Source: Eledone cirrhosa
Taxonomy: Eukaryota
DNA length: 64,000 nt
Direction of reading: 5' to 3'
Assembly: GCA_964016885.1 (NCBI GenBank)
Contig: OZ024740.1
Coordinates: forward strand, 190,030,001 to 190,094,000
Shown: positions 1 through 13,770 of the stretch, piece after piece
Numbering within the stretch: position 1 is the first letter of the stretch
How the letters are laid out: each line of letters begins with the position of its first letter
Notes under the pieces: generated by a model
Told to the model about the DNA's origin: nothing
Seen by the model: only the letters and a program-made list of their open reading frames with translations
Database searches by the model: none
Position numbers and translations under genes: made by a program

Positions 1-42
1 TAATTCCCTCCCTCATATCAAGGATTTGAAGACAATTCATTT

Positions 43-116
43 TCACCTGACGAGTTCAATGATAATCAAACATGGCTATACGATCGATCTATCTCTTATT
101 GAAACGTGTGTCGTGA
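43..116 (+). ncRNA. Minimal type I hammerhead-ribozyme-like motif (Penelope-like element end)
   Basis: TCAC-CTGACGA-(long, imperfect stem II)-GAAA-CGTGTG-TC-GTGA. Stem I TCAC/GTGA pairs, the cleavage triplet is GUC, and a (TA)n tract follows at 163. Confidence 0.5.
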
Positions 117-162
117 TTAAAATGATTGGAAATGTATACCATGCCTTCGGATCTTTATTTTG

Positions 163-196
163 ATATATATATATATATATATACATACATTTATAT

Positions 197-277
<81 letters not shown>
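163..277. repeat. (TA)n microsatellite
   Basis: Direct reading. One of more than 20 such tracts (others near 10872, 15028, 19646, 21716, 22131, 22760, 28519, 28982, 33686, 34563, 35095, 36945, 37240, 37548, 37805). Confidence 0.98.
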
Positions 278-283
<6 letters not shown>

Positions 284-1011
284 AACATAATTGTGTATGT
301 GTGGGTTTGTTTATTTGTAAAAACATAAGTGTATGCCCGTGTTTTGTAAGTATATGCTGTTTTCAAAACATAAAATTATATTTGTATATTTGTATGCACA
401 TATCCCTGTCAATTGTTGTACATTAAATAACAAACACAAATGAAATCACCCGCAACATTCTCGATTTACCTCATACTTTTCCCGTATATACGTTTACATT
501 TATTACCCTGTGTTTGTGTGGGTATGCACGCTGATTTTTGTATAAGCTGCCTTTGTTAGTAAATACATTCCATTAAAATGTTTTCAAGTGATGAATGTTT
601 GTATCAACTCGTTAAGCTTCGTTTTAATAGACATAGCTGAATAGAGTCTCATTCAACGCTATATATATGTAACGGATTATTTCAGTACATAACATGTGAT
701 TTCTTTGATTTTCAATTCTGTTTAATTACATATGACTTTATATCTTACATCTTAATTATTAACTTTCAGGAAACTAATTATTTACTTGGCTTTTTATCCC
801 AAATAATTCCAATTGACTGAGTGGCCTAGGTTTTGGCGAAACACATTAGGTTTGTATACCTATACGATGCATATTTCTATAATTTCGTATGAATGTAGAT
901 AGATGAATGTAGATACATAAACACGCCTAGCCGAGGTTTGTACTTCATACACATTTCCATCTTAATAATAACATATGAACACACACATTGTGTCCTTCGA
1001 CCACACCTACA

Positions 1012-1120
1012 CCACTCTCTCTCTTTCTCTCCCTTTCTCTATCTCCCTATCTCTCTATCTACCCCTCTCTCTCTCTCTCCCTCTCTATCTCTCTATCTCT
1101 CTCTGTATATATATATACAT
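1012..1120. repeat. (CT)n-rich/(TA)n compound microsatellite
   Basis: Direct reading. Confidence 0.9.
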
Positions 1121-2807
1121 AACGTAATTTCACCTCAAATATTTCTGAGTATTTTAGTCAATATAAAGAAATCCATTATATACATTGTAACTATGACGTC
1201 CGCAAATTAAAATACATAATTATTTTATTAATTAAATTAATCTATATCCCTACGTAGATATTGTTTATGCAAATATTCAACATGGAAAATGTTTCCGATT
1301 AGCTAATAAAAATCGTTTTGAAGGGAAAATATGTTTTGTCTAAATGTTAATAAATGTAATACTTCATATTTAATTCATTTTGTCTTAGGCATATATATAA
1401 TAACCTGCAAGATGCCTTCAGGTGAATGTTAATTCACACACTAGAATAATCCCTATGATGAATAATCCCTACGTGAAAAGTGTATGCTGTAAGAAATCTC
1501 GTTATCTATAAACATGAAATGAAATGTTAAATATTGATGTAACTTGGAAAATTTATTTCGTATTAATTACCGTCTAGAAGAAAATGATTATCGACAATTT
1601 ATTTTCCAATTTATTGTTGCGACTGGATGTAAATTTGAAATATTGCCATTACAAACTATTTTAATCAAAATCCGAGTCGAAATAATTGTCTCTATTCTTT
1701 AGTAAAATATCAATACACTTGAATAAATCATTTGAAATTAAACAGAGGAATTCCCAGAGAAATACATTGCATAATGAAATACATACAACATCCTAAAAAT
1801 GTAAATAAGTGCTGCATCACCAGAAGATCTGCCCACACAAAGTTGTATTCACTCAATAGATACATCACATTTCCAAATGTAGTAAAATAAATGATACCAC
1901 AAAATAATACGATCTGGCAATTTTTAGAAATCTTGAAAAAGGAACTATAGTGTGTTTTCTTTTTATTTGACACTGATCAATTATTTTTACATAATATCTA
2001 TGGCTTTTCAAGAAAGGACTTAATCATCGGAGAAATGTATTGCCTATGCAGAAACTCTAAAATTAGAAATGAAATTCAAAGAAAAGGCAGTGAAAATACA
2101 AAACATTGTCGATGTATATAAGTGTAAAACATTTTAAATTATTTTCTATTATATAGATATTATTTTAAAAAGGTAATTTTGATTTCATTCTCATAAACAG
2201 TTTTTAGGTATTTCCATATCAAACATTTTGCTTTATTAGTACACCCTTCACTCTTAATACAATACGGAGTATTTACTATTCAAATAATATATATATATAT
2301 TAAATTTCAGCGATGAATTTACTCTGCGGATATGAACGCATATCTGTGAATATGAAAATCTGTGTCAAGAATGTGACATTGCTGGTAATGTATTTATGAT
2401 AATATAATTTGCAGCGAACTTCCGTGATACCACATAATACACCAATTTGCTAGTCATCAATTATTGGCAGTATCACCACAGATAAATTAGGATGAACTCA
2501 AACTATGTGTTGCATTTTGCTTTGCACTACATCAATACAAGCGTTTAGTTGCGTAGAATAAGGTATTGGAGATCTAGTTTAAACTAAAAAAGATGAAATA
2601 TATATGAAATATATATGAAAATTCATATTCAATGTGATGTATTAGAGCCATTCGCCAGGAATATGTTGCAATTTTGAAATTTGAAATTTGTTGTCATTAT
2701 TTAAGGAGGTATTGTTAATAGAAGCAGTAATTTCTTCTTGTTGAATTGAACTAAGTCATTTGATAGATATGTGTTTTTCATGTTTTTGATTACGAGCGTA
2801 ACCTGAA

Positions 2808-2975
2808 ATAATTACCCGGCGTCGAAGACGCTACTTTTTTCCTAAAATAAATCTAAACAATCTACTATGCGTCCTGGGGGCCCAAGGTTGTTTATTATCT
2901 TTTTCAAATTTTTAGTTGTCACAGTTATGGTGCGCCCTCGAAGACGAAGCGTCTTCGGTGCCGGAAAATACGGTA
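2808..2975. mobile_element. Non-autonomous Tc1/mariner-pogo-type MITE
   Basis: The right end GCGTCTTCGGTGCCGGAAAATACGG-TA is the inverted copy of a degenerate left end (TTACCCGGCGTCGAAGACGC). A TA-CCGTATTTTCCGG terminus is typical of Tc2/pogo-like TIRs. Confidence 0.55.
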
Positions 2976-3711
2976 CATAAATTCTGCTTACTACTTTAAG
3001 CAGGGTAAAGCCCACATAAATATTTCATATGAACACCCAGAATTTAAGCTCTAGGATTATCTTTCGAAGTAATGTTGGTATTAATATATTCGCTTGGAAC
3101 TAGCTTCCTACATTGAATGCTTGTTTTATGTGAGATGCTAATAGGTCCTTAGTTTAAGAGAAATCATTTTGCGAGTTGTAGAATATTAATCCACCACATA
3201 GAATCTCAATCTTTCTTTCTATACTAGGTTTGTTTTTTGTGTTTTCCTGTCAGGCAGAGATATAATGAAAGGCATTCTATCTGAAACTATTTCATGTTTT
3301 GTTAAACTATAACTACGTTAAGCATTGTGTCCGTCCTTCATTAAGATGATAGGGTCTGATATTATGTATCTACATACGTTTTCCCTCTTGATAATCGACC
3401 GTGTAGATGTTTACACATTTTGTGTAAGGTAGAAATTTAACAAGTGATTCTTGTATGAGATAAGCTAAGAAGTTACTGTGATGACATTCTTTCAGCTAAT
3501 GATTAAGATCAAGATTCGGTTTTGATTATTCGGTAGCCAACTCTATACAGTTCAAAATCCTTATTTAATCAACCATACTACTGTGTTGATATGACCCAGA
3601 GATTAACGGAGAGCAATTAACATTTCACCAATCCGCTTCCGCACCATCACCTCTACTATATGGTCACCACAAATATATACACTTAGACAATTTAAATATA
3701 CCCGAACTGCC

Positions 3712-3870
3712 TTATTTCAACAATACAATAATTGTTTCTACTTTAGGCACAAGGCCAGCAATTACCCAGTGCATTACTGGTACTTCACTGGGTAATTGCT
3801 GGTCTTGTGCCTAAAGTAGAAACAATTATTGTATTATTGTATTATTGTATTATTTCAACAATACAATAAT
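3712..3870. mobile_element. SINE 3' fragment in fold-back (inverted) form with 21-bp flanking direct repeat
   Basis: The SINE tail on the minus strand (3728-3785) is joined to the SINE tail on the plus strand (3786-3830). TTATTTCAACAATACAATAAT occurs at 3712-3732 and 3850-3870. Confidence 0.8.
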
Positions 3871-6849
3871 ATACTCTAAATATGATTGGTAACATTGCTC
3901 TTTGAAGTCTATTATATCTGATGTGGTGAATCTCTGAATACAATCCAGCCTTCGCAAGACATCTATTGACGCATCACCTAGTTGTATAAAGAAAAGTGTT
4001 AAGCAATTTACATAATTCGTAATACTTTTTATGTCAGGAACCTATACAGTTAAATTATTGCTATGCCATATTTCAACATTGGATGGATAAAACGTCAATG
4101 CGTTTATTTGAATATTTGCGCACAGAATGCAGAGAATAAATATGGAAGCTCTAAAATGGTATTTCGTCTGGTGTGCAACTATTTGTGTTGGGAAATCATT
4201 CAGTTTAGAACAGATCTCAACAAGACTACAAATATGTCTCTCCACACTACAATCTAATGCATATAAACATTTATCAAATGCGTATAACATTCAAGGTTTT
4301 ATTTATTTCCCAAGAAATGTAAATTCGCCAGTATGCCCAAAGCCCTATATTTCTTGTTAAACATAAACACTAGAAATAGTGTAAGTTTATTTTACTCTTG
4401 TTTAACATTTCTCCCCGAATGTAATTTGCTTTCGGTAAGACATTTGTGTTTTGCTGTTGATCGAAATCTTATATCCGTCGATTAAATTCTCATTGATTGA
4501 TTTTTATCCTATATATTTCATTCGGCGTGAATGAAATTAGATAAGGTTTTTAATAGTTTTACTCATAGTAAAGTACAGTAAAATAGACCGATCCAATAGT
4601 ACTTTCTATCGTCGGTCATATAATGGAGATTTTATTATTTAACAACAGTGCTGGTTAACAAAATGTTAATTGAAACGTGCAGTCAGTAGTCGATATCAAT
4701 TTACGATTGATTATTTTCTAATATATAGTTGGGGTGTCGACATGATATTTTCAGGCTCTCTGATAATAGCAGGCTCGACACATGTCTGTTATCAGTTTTA
4801 AGTTGACGGGCAAATAATATATTATTGGCTTTTAGGCAATTTCAGAATGATGAACTAAGAGAAAGGGTTACTGTAAAGAAAGGGGTTTGATACACACATA
4901 TAAATGAGTAGGATGCACCTTTATGGTTCTGGTAGGAGAACAGCCGGGTAACCGAACGAGAGTCTGTTCTATCTTTAGAAGACATGGACTGAGTAGAGAC
5001 ATAACTGTGGCCCTTAAATTGTAGCGTTGTTGACATATCGCATGACCATCGACCCAGCGACCGGCCTTTTCAATCGACACTAAATTGATGAGAGACAAAC
5101 TCGCTTAAGGTGGGCTTTAATCTTCGGCGTACCGAGACATTAACTAATATAAGTTACTTAATTATCTGCCATCGGAGAGTTGTAAAAATATATAATACAG
5201 TTGAATGTGTTGCCTTGTTTAAATATGAATTCCAGCTTTATGAATAATATATTCCAAAGTCTTTAGAGATGGTGACAACTAATAATATATGCATTCGGGA
5301 AATATTAGTTATGGTGTAAAGAAAAGAAATTACATTTATTCCGATCGATTCATCACTGATTTGTAATTATATTCATAATCATTGGCATAGCGATTCTCAA
5401 ATGCACTATGAGATTTTTCCGATACCAATATTCGGTAGGGTGGCGGAGGTACATTTTAATATAATATTCAGAAAATATATAAAATCATGTACTGAATAGG
5501 ATACAATATGTTATTGCAATATGAATTTTGTCTAAGCATATAGAATTCATCTTGCTTGTATTTATGTATATAGTGAAGATAAAATTGTTATGTTTTATGG
5601 GCTTTTTAATAGAAAGATAGGTAACATTCTCAGTCTAGTGTTACTATAAGAAATATGTCTATATCACTTTTAGCGTCAAATATGTTGATATAATTTTCCT
5701 AGTTGATAGAATCGTCTCAATCGTGTCAACATACATTTTTCATTTTTGCTAAAATAGGCTTTCAAAAGTCTCAGCTATATCAAAACATAGAACCAGTAAT
5801 TATATATGTATTTTAAAAACGTCATGTAGTAAAGTTTCTATTTCAAATAACTGAGAAACATCAGATACGGTGTACAGAATGTGTATTCATATATCATATA
5901 TACATTCATATACACGAGATAATTGAACTAAAGAGGAAAATGTATGCATATTGCTAGGGTCAGGTTTCTGAATATTTGCTGAAATAAATAAATAAAGACA
6001 TAATCTACGTATTACTTGGATTATGTTCTTGCATTTCCTCACAGACATACAAACATACAATAATATATGGTCATACATGTATTGGACCGAGTATATATTT
6101 AACGTATAGTGTTATTATATTGCAGAAAGACACATAGATAAGGTTCTGGACAGAAAAAATAAAGATTGCTAGACAGAGGGATAGGAAATCATATAATCAT
6201 ATAGATATGCACACAGGTACTGAGACAGTCAATAGATAGAAAAAATAAATAGAAAAAATATATATATATACAGTTAGTTATACACATTGATAGATAGGAA
6301 GATATATAGATAGATATATATAGAGGGGGGGGGGAGAAGGAAATATAGATAAATAAATATTTGAACTCTTTTATTTCTATCGTCCGGGGTTACATAGATA
6401 CATTGGTAGCTAGTTATAGAAACATGGTTTTAAACTAATGGCCACCCGAAAGTTGGATAAAGCTCGTGTAAAACGTTTGTAGTTGTGCCTATATGTGTGT
6501 GTGAGACGGAAAAAGAAGGGAGAGAGAGAGATGCGGGAATAGAAATGGACATATCAGAGTATATACTGCTCAACTGTCGACCTCCGAAACAGATATAGAA
6601 GATAGTGACTATCACGGGAAGAGGAATTTTATACAGTGACTTTAGATATTTCTCTAAGTAAATTATATTAATGCAAAGGATATAATCTATATTAATTATA
6701 TAACAATACATTTAACACTGTTAGGGGTAAATTATACAAGTGGGGTATGCTTTTAATTCGTAAGTAAATTTATCGATGAATTACATTTAAGTAATACATT
6801 GAATAACGTTAATATATGTTGGCACAGACCCGTAATCAATATCAATCTT

Positions 6850-6995
6850 CTTCTCTACATCCGTTACCGGTCATGTCGATGTCCCTCATTCAGCCTACAC
6901 TGTCTAGCATTGCTTTCTGAAATTACCCTGTTACACTGACGAACAACCTTCAGCGTTGTGGTTGGTCTCCCAACTCGTCTGCTAGCATCAGGTTT
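6850..6995 (-). mobile_element. RTE-type LINE 3' fragment
   Basis: Translation FRKPDASRRVGRPTTTL resembles the RTE C-terminal W.P.G.R..GRP..TW motif. A (GAA) tail lies near 6846. Confidence 0.5.
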
Positions 6996-6999
6996 CCGG

Positions 7000-7330
7000 A
7001 AAATTACACAGACATCTGTCTTACGTAAATTGCAGAAAGAATTTAAAATAGGATGATCCTGAATAGGATCAAACCAAATATATATAGACAACACTCTAAA
7101 TTCCAGCCAAAATGACTTTTCAGTCATTTCGCTCTACTGCCTCACACATCTTAGCTCTAAGAAAGACTGTTGAGGTGGTATGGAATCACAAGAAGGAGGC
7201 AGCTCTTGTGTTCATAGATATCAAAGAAGCCTTTTGATTCATTCGAGCAAAAAAAGAGGTACACATTATTTTCGCTTTAGGGATACACCATCAAATCGGG
7301 AAAGCAATTGTTGAAGTTGTTTGTAGTTGC
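7000..7330 (+). mobile_element. RTE-type reverse transcriptase fragment (decayed)
   Basis: Piecewise translation NRIKP..IDNTLNSSQNDF..STASHILALRKTVE..ALVFIDIKEAF-DS matches RT motifs 2-3. Confidence 0.7.
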
Positions 7331-7398
7331 TCATATGAATTTGTAAGTGTTATTATGTGGTGAGATCATTCACATACGTATAGTATTACTTCTGATAA

Positions 7399-7586
7399 TG
7401 GCGGTGGATAGGCAGTATCAATAGGAGGCCATGCTTTGCAGCATTGAGTTACGCGCCTTTACGGTCTGAGTTCAAATCCTGCCGATGTCTACTTTGCCTT
7501 TCATCCTTACGAGGTCGATAAAATAAGGTACTATTAATCCACTGGTATAATCACTGGCCTTTTGCCCAAAATTATCAACAATTATT
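7399..7586 (+). mobile_element. tRNA-derived SINE (window family S), full length
   Basis: A-box-like TGGCGGTGGATAGG, B box GAGTTCAAATCC, central GCCTTTCATCCTTACGAGGTCGATAAAATAAGGTAC (resembles the Deu/Nin SINE domain), tail AACAATTATT. Confidence 0.85.
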
Positions 7587-8715
7587 ACTTCTAATACAAT
7601 TACCCTACTTGAACAAATGCCAGGAACCCTACAGCTGCAATTAGATATAAAGTTGTTAGTATTCTGATGTCAGTTTCATTTATTATTAAAGTTAGATATA
7701 ACATTATTCATTCAGGAAAACCTAATTGCATTATTACCATTATCATAATAATTATAATTGTTAATAGTAGTACCATTGTATTCAAAAGGCCGGTATATGT
7801 CATACTTACTGACGCACACTATGTCTAAAACAGAGCTTTTAGTTTAATATGAAAAACAATGAAGACTCATCTACACCACCATATAAGGAAAGTCATTTTT
7901 CTTAGTTCACGTGAAGTTTCTTTCGAATATGTCCTGCCTTGATTATACATATTTCAAGACGGGAAGATTACATTCCGACAACAATCTAGCCACTACATTT
8001 AAACACATCTACATAGATTATTCTTTGAAATAGATATCCTTTGTATAAATAAAAATGCACTAACAATCAATAATCTGCTAAAATTACATTGCATTCATTG
8101 CATTTCTTCTTTACGATCACATGCAATTACATAAACTGGAAATACTTATTCCGCCATCTGAAACAATAGGAAAATATTATGGTTATATTACCCTTAGAGG
8201 TTAGCCAATGCAAATTTTGCACTTATATCTCCAAGGTATTACGTTTTTCATCATATCATTTTGTGTTGTCAAAATAAGTAGCGTACATTAATAGATTCGA
8301 TTTCAAGACATATTTCCGGTTAAATATTCCTCAAATAGTTGATAGTCTAGCGTACCACTACTCTTCATATTACTAGAATGAATTGAGGCGTACATATTTG
8401 CATTGAGTTCAATATGTTTAAGATATCTCTACTTTTAATGATAGAATGGCATAGTGTGTATCAGGATGAATATGCCATTATGTATAATATAGAGGAAAGT
8501 TGTCTCTTCGTGTGTCCGGTTTGTACTCATAAATTAGAGATGAACATGCAGAAAACTTTATATATATATTCACTATACCACCGGGAAATTAATGGTAAAC
8601 AGGGATTTGCTTTACCAAGTATGCAATATACTGAAATTCAATTTTTCATATTTCCGTATGAATGTCGAAAACACTGGCTATTTTGTTTTGCAACTATTTT
8701 TCTACTGTAGAGAGA

Positions 8716-8810
8716 AATAATTGTTTCTACTTTAGGCACAAGGCTAGCAATTCACCAGTACATTACTGGTACTTTATTTTATCGACCCCGTAAGGATGAA
8801 AGACAAAGTT
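8716..8810 (-). mobile_element. SINE family S, 5'-truncated
   Basis: Reverse complement of the 3' half of the family. Confidence 0.85.
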
Positions 8811-8920
8811 GGTGCGCGAGAGAAATATAGTGGAAAGAAAGAGGGCGAAAAAAAGCGTAAGGATGAAAAGGGCGAATGAAGAGCATAAAAAAAGTAAAGA
8901 GTTAAAAAAGCGAGTAAAAG

Positions 8921-8925
8921 GGAGG

Positions 8926-8999
<74 letters not shown>

Positions 9000-9000
9000 G
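8921..9000. repeat. (GA)n microsatellite in a purine-rich tract extending to about 9420
   Basis: Direct reading. Confidence 0.95.
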
Positions 9001-9524
9001 GGGTGAGGGAAAACAGGAGAAGGAAGAGGAAAAGAAGGGAGAGAGAATGAGTGGGGAAAATAGGAAAAAGACGGAGAAAGGAAGAGAAAGAGAAATGACA
9101 GGTGAGGGACAGGTCAAGAGAGACGAAAGAGGATAGCAATGGAATGAGAGGAAGAAAGATGGTAGAATACGTGAGAAGATGAATCTGAGATATGAAACAA
9201 CCATGAGAAAGAAGACCTTAGATAAGGGGAAATGTAAAGAGAAAGAAATTGACACATACCGAGATAGTAACAGAGATAGAATGTTATCGAGATCGAAGGA
9301 TGAAAAGATACTATGATAGATAGATCGGTAGGTAGAAATAGAGAGAGACAGAGAGGGAGAAAGAAAGGAACATGTATTGAAATTGGAATAAGAAAAGTAA
9401 TATTAGCTTAGAGAATATGAGGGCAGGCAGGTTTCTTTGATCAGGACGCTACATCAGTAACTGTGGCTGGGTGTATATTGTCGGAGTTTAGCTTTAAGCT
9501 ATATCTGTTATTGTATTAAATATA

Positions 9525-9757
<233 letters not shown>

Positions 9758-9769
9758 CAACGCCCTGAC

Positions 9770-10385
9770 TGTCGTCGTCTCAGCCAGTACTGTGCTCGAA
9801 TCGAATAATAAGGCATCTCTTGTCATCTGTCTTCATTTCAATTTTCCTTACAATAAAATATGCTACAATGCAATTAAATTGGATCATATATGAAGGGTTT
9901 GTGGAGTTTTCCTAATTCATGTCCATTGCGTCACTTACTCTCGTTGGGAATTGCAATCGTTTGAAACGAAATTGAACATGTGTTGATATTAGTGGCATTC
10001 TAGTTAAGAGTGCGAGATCTGCTTTATCACATCCAATGAGGATATTAGCTTCGATAATCTGATGCTGTTGTTCAGTCACAACCGCACAAGTTCCAATGCA
10101 CAATATAGGCTGATCCAAGTTTGTGAGAAGCATCGTGACATCCCTTCTCTAATTGATGCTCGTGTATTAACATACTGGATTGTTTTTTATGTTAATTTAC
10201 AAATATACAAACTTTAGCTGTAGAGGCATGTGTATCAAGTTGTTTTAGACTGCTTTCAAATTCATTCTCCAACTAGATGATATTTTCGGCAAATTGAAAG
10301 TCACCCACTATATTTCAGCCTCAGTGCTAATGTTTAAATCATGTTCAACGCGAATAATTTCTCTACTTGCTCTATCTAATGGTGA
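9770..10385 (-). mobile_element. Decayed RTE-type RT fragment
   Basis: DFQFAENII is a degenerate DL.FADDI catalytic motif. Downstream pieces resemble the RTE thumb region. Confidence 0.55.
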
Positions 10386-10461
10386 ATGGTATATTTAAGA
10401 AATTTGAAAACAAGCAAACATTTCCTTTGCAACTATTCTGTATATATATATATATATATAC

Positions 10462-10540
10462 AGGAGAGATGACCCCTTAGCCTTTGTCAAGGCAGAATTC
10501 TAGGAGAAGGAAAACTCTGATATAACACCTGCAACCCTGA
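10462..10540 (+). mobile_element. RTE-5'UTR / Ceph-SINE-like conserved block
   Basis: GGCAGAATTCTAGGAGAAGGAAAACTCTGATATAACACC resembles a motif recurrent in RTE 5' regions and cephalopod SINEs (recognised from memory). Confidence 0.4.
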
Positions 10541-10869
10541 TGGTATCCAATGATGTTGACTTGTTCTTCTTTTTGGTAAATATCATCTTGGTTAAGAGAG
10601 TGGGACTGGCTTTGTGCAGTGCCTTTGCTCACTATAAAAGCTTTACGGCACAGGCATTGCTTTATATCTGGAGATCTCTCTGCACTTATCGTCACATGGT
10701 ACCATGGGCCCAGCACTATGTGTCAATAATTGTCACAAGTGTAGTGTTTGTACCAGAGTTTTGAAGTCGCTGGCTGGACTAAAATGTCACACTCGTTCAG
10801 CGCATCGGTAGGGGGTTCTCCTACATGGATATAAAGTAGTGGCCGTACTCGAAAACGAGTTGGCAGCCA

Positions 10870-10933
<64 letters not shown>

Positions 10934-11026
10934 AGTATGTGTTAGTTGTTTACCTACACCCTAGTATGCAGTTAGGATCACTCAACGAAGTGCGCAGGTT
11001 GGTTTGTTCACTCCGGAGTAATGTAA

Positions 11027-11180
11027 AATAATTGTTTCTACTTTTGGCACACGGCCAGCAATTAACAAGTGCATTACTGGTACTTTATTTTATCGGCCCA
11101 GTAAGGATGAAAGGCAAAGTTAACCTCGACGTGATTTTAACTCAGACAATAAAGGGACGTAACTATGCTTACGGTCTGAG
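11027..11180 (-). mobile_element. SINE family S
   Basis: Reverse complement of the family body and tail. Confidence 0.8.
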
Positions 11181-11227
11181 TAATATAAAATAATAAGTGT
11201 AAGTCAAACATGTTAAAGTCGGCTTCG

Positions 11228-11295
11228 TTTATTCCAATTCGCTGCTATACATTTTTCAGTGACAGCCAGTATTGGCTGTGACCTCATCAGGGTAG
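11228..11295 (-). ncRNA. Degenerate hammerhead-like motif / Penelope-like end
   Basis: Minus strand reads CTGATGA-G-GTCACAGCC-AATACT-GGCTGTCAC-T-GAAA. Stem II is good, stem III and the cleavage site are decayed, and AATAAA lies downstream. Confidence 0.4.
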
Positions 11296-11810
11296 TAACA
11301 ATTAAGGCAGTAAAAACATGAAATAATGATGTTGTAATGGGTTCTACCCTGTTAATTTATCGATATGTCCAGCTCCTGGGCGTGCTTTTATTCCTCAAAG
11401 GAACAGGAATCATATGATTCCAGTTCCTTTGAGTGTGTTTGCATGTGTCTGTAGGGGTAGTGATATAAAAGGCAATAGTGTTTCTGAACGTGACATTAGA
11501 ATAAACAGTGTATTTATAGTTATTGGTTCAATTATCATCTCTTACCAACACTACAACCACCATCATAAACATCAGCATTAACATCGTCCACATTCTTATC
11601 ATCAACTTCGCATGAGCAGATGAAAGTGTTTTTAAAATTCGTAGTTTTTAAAATTTGATTTGTTAGTTTTTTCAATGTTTTCTTTTTTTCTTATAAAAAG
11701 TTCTATGACCGTAACATGAATGACAGTGTGGTGGATTAGCAGAACAGTTAAAGCATCAGACAAAATACCTTAATATATGTGTTCCAGCTCTTTTGAGATC
11801 AACATTGTCT

Positions 11811-12038
11811 TTAACATTTTCATTAACATATTTCTAATGAAAAATACACTGCTTATAAATTTAAAATACCTTTGGTAAAAAAGCAAACATTTAGAGGTAT
11901 TTTCAAGGAACAAAACACACTTTCTTACGTAAGAGTATGCTAAATGTTTTTTTTTAAAGAAATATAAACACCTTAAAATAAAAGATTACATCGTAGAACT
12001 AGGGAAGGTTTTATGCGGTTTGGTATCAAAAGGGTTAA
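11811..12038. mobile_element. piggyBac-type MITE
   Basis: Right end GGTATCAAAAGGG-TTAA (CCCTTT terminus plus TTAA target). Degenerate left end TTAA-CATTTTCATTAAC. Confidence 0.5.
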
Positions 12039-12311
12039 AATTGCTTTTCATCGGAAATCTGTTCAATGAGGGTTGACTCAGGTGAAGACGACATGAATAT
12101 TATATATCTGTAATAACTCATATTCCGGCAAATATACACAGACACACACATACATCCTATCATTTACTTTCCCTAAATAAATAAAACCGTATCTTCTTTA
12201 GAAAAAAAGATGTGAAAAGAAATTGGAAAATTATTTGTAACTAGGTACTTCGAAAAAGGTTATTACCACAAAATAAATGATGAGTTGATACAGCAATATC
12301 TTGCTCACTCT

Positions 12312-12352
12312 TTCTCTCTCCCATTCTACGAATCTCTCTCTCCCATTCTACG

Positions 12353-12434
<82 letters not shown>

Positions 12435-12484
12435 ACTCTCTCTCTCCCTCTCTCCCCCGCCTCTTTCTCTCTCACTCTCTCTCT
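12312..12484. repeat. (CT)n microsatellite with a duplicated CCCATTCTACGAAT unit
   Basis: Direct reading. Confidence 0.9.
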
Positions 12485-12498
12485 TTGTTTTGTGCCAC

Positions 12499-12635
12499 TT
12501 TAGCATGCAGTCTATCTGGTCATTTACATTTCAGCATGCGATCCACCTGCACATTTATAGTTTAGATTGCGTTTCATCTGCACTTTCACAGTTCAGCGTG
12601 CGTTCTTTCTGCACATTTCCTGTTCAGCATGCTCT
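12499..12635. repeat. Degenerate ~30-bp minisatellite, about 4.5 units
   Basis: Repeating TTCAGCATGC..TC...CTGCACATTT unit. Confidence 0.65.
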
Positions 12636-13267
12636 CGGCATCATCTACAAAAATATAATTTCCCTCATTTTCTTTCATTGGCATCCTATCATAATCGTTC
12701 GATGGCTTGTGTACGTGTTCTATCGTTGTATCCATATGGTGTTATGGTGGTTTACTTAAGGTAGCAATAACCCATGGCATTTAAATAACCATAAGCAACC
12801 ACCATTCATACATAAGATATTTGTTGTTAGACTTTTATATAGACAGTTGAGAAGCCCTCAAGTCACAAAGTATTAAGAAAAAGCGTAATTACAGGGAATA
12901 AATTAATGCTATGAAATGTCACAAATTCTTGGTATCAAGTAATGTCTTGGAAGAATAGTTATACTACGTATACAACGTTTACTACTGTAGATTGCAAGCT
13001 AAAGTTGCACTGCTGTATTCAATGGTCTAAAATGACTTTACCAACATATTCAAAGCATGGTTACGCATGTTTGAAACAAGTACGATTTATTTCGAAAGCT
13101 TTAGCAAAACTACAAAATCCGAAGAGAAGAATATATAACAATGAATTAATATATTTAGTTTAGTTTTTAGTTTTCTTTGTCTGTCTTTATTCATTTATAT
13201 ACAATATCATTTATTTGTCGTTGTTGGAGTTTCATGTTTAGTGATATTTCTTTCATATCTGTTGTAA

Positions 13268-13770
13268 ATAATAATTGTTTCTAATTTTTGGCACAAGGTC
13301 AGTAATTATCCCATTGCATTACTAGTACTTTATTTTATCGACCCCATAAGGACGAAATGCAAAATTAACCTCGGCAGGTTTTCAACACATACCTCAAAGC
13401 ATGGCCTCCGACCTTCTACCGATACTGCCAATCCACTTCCCTATATAATCGTTCTACTACAGGCACAAGGTCAGCAATTTTTGGCGAGGGGAAAGTCGAT
13501 TAAATCGACTCCAATGCGTGACTTGTACTTTATTCTATCGACCTCGTAAGGATGAAATGCAATGTTAACATCGATGAGATTTGAACTCAGATTATAAAGG
13601 ACCGTAAATCCATGCTGCAAATTATGGTGTCCTATCCTCTACCGATACTGCCAATCCACCTCCCTAAATAATTGTTTCTACTTTTGGCACAAGGCCAGCA
13701 AATACCCGGTGCATTACTGGTACTTATTTTATCGACCCCGTAAGGATGAAAGGTAACGTTAACCTCGGCA
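13268..13770 (-). mobile_element. Three tandem SINE family S copies
   Basis: Copies at about 13268-13440, 13445-13665 (long variant with GTCGATTAAATCGAC) and 13667-13770. Confidence 0.85.

Noticed and set aside
4868-5098. 76-aa ORF as a host exon or Gypsy RT remnant
   Set aside because: Only a vague resemblance, with no convincing motif or splice context.
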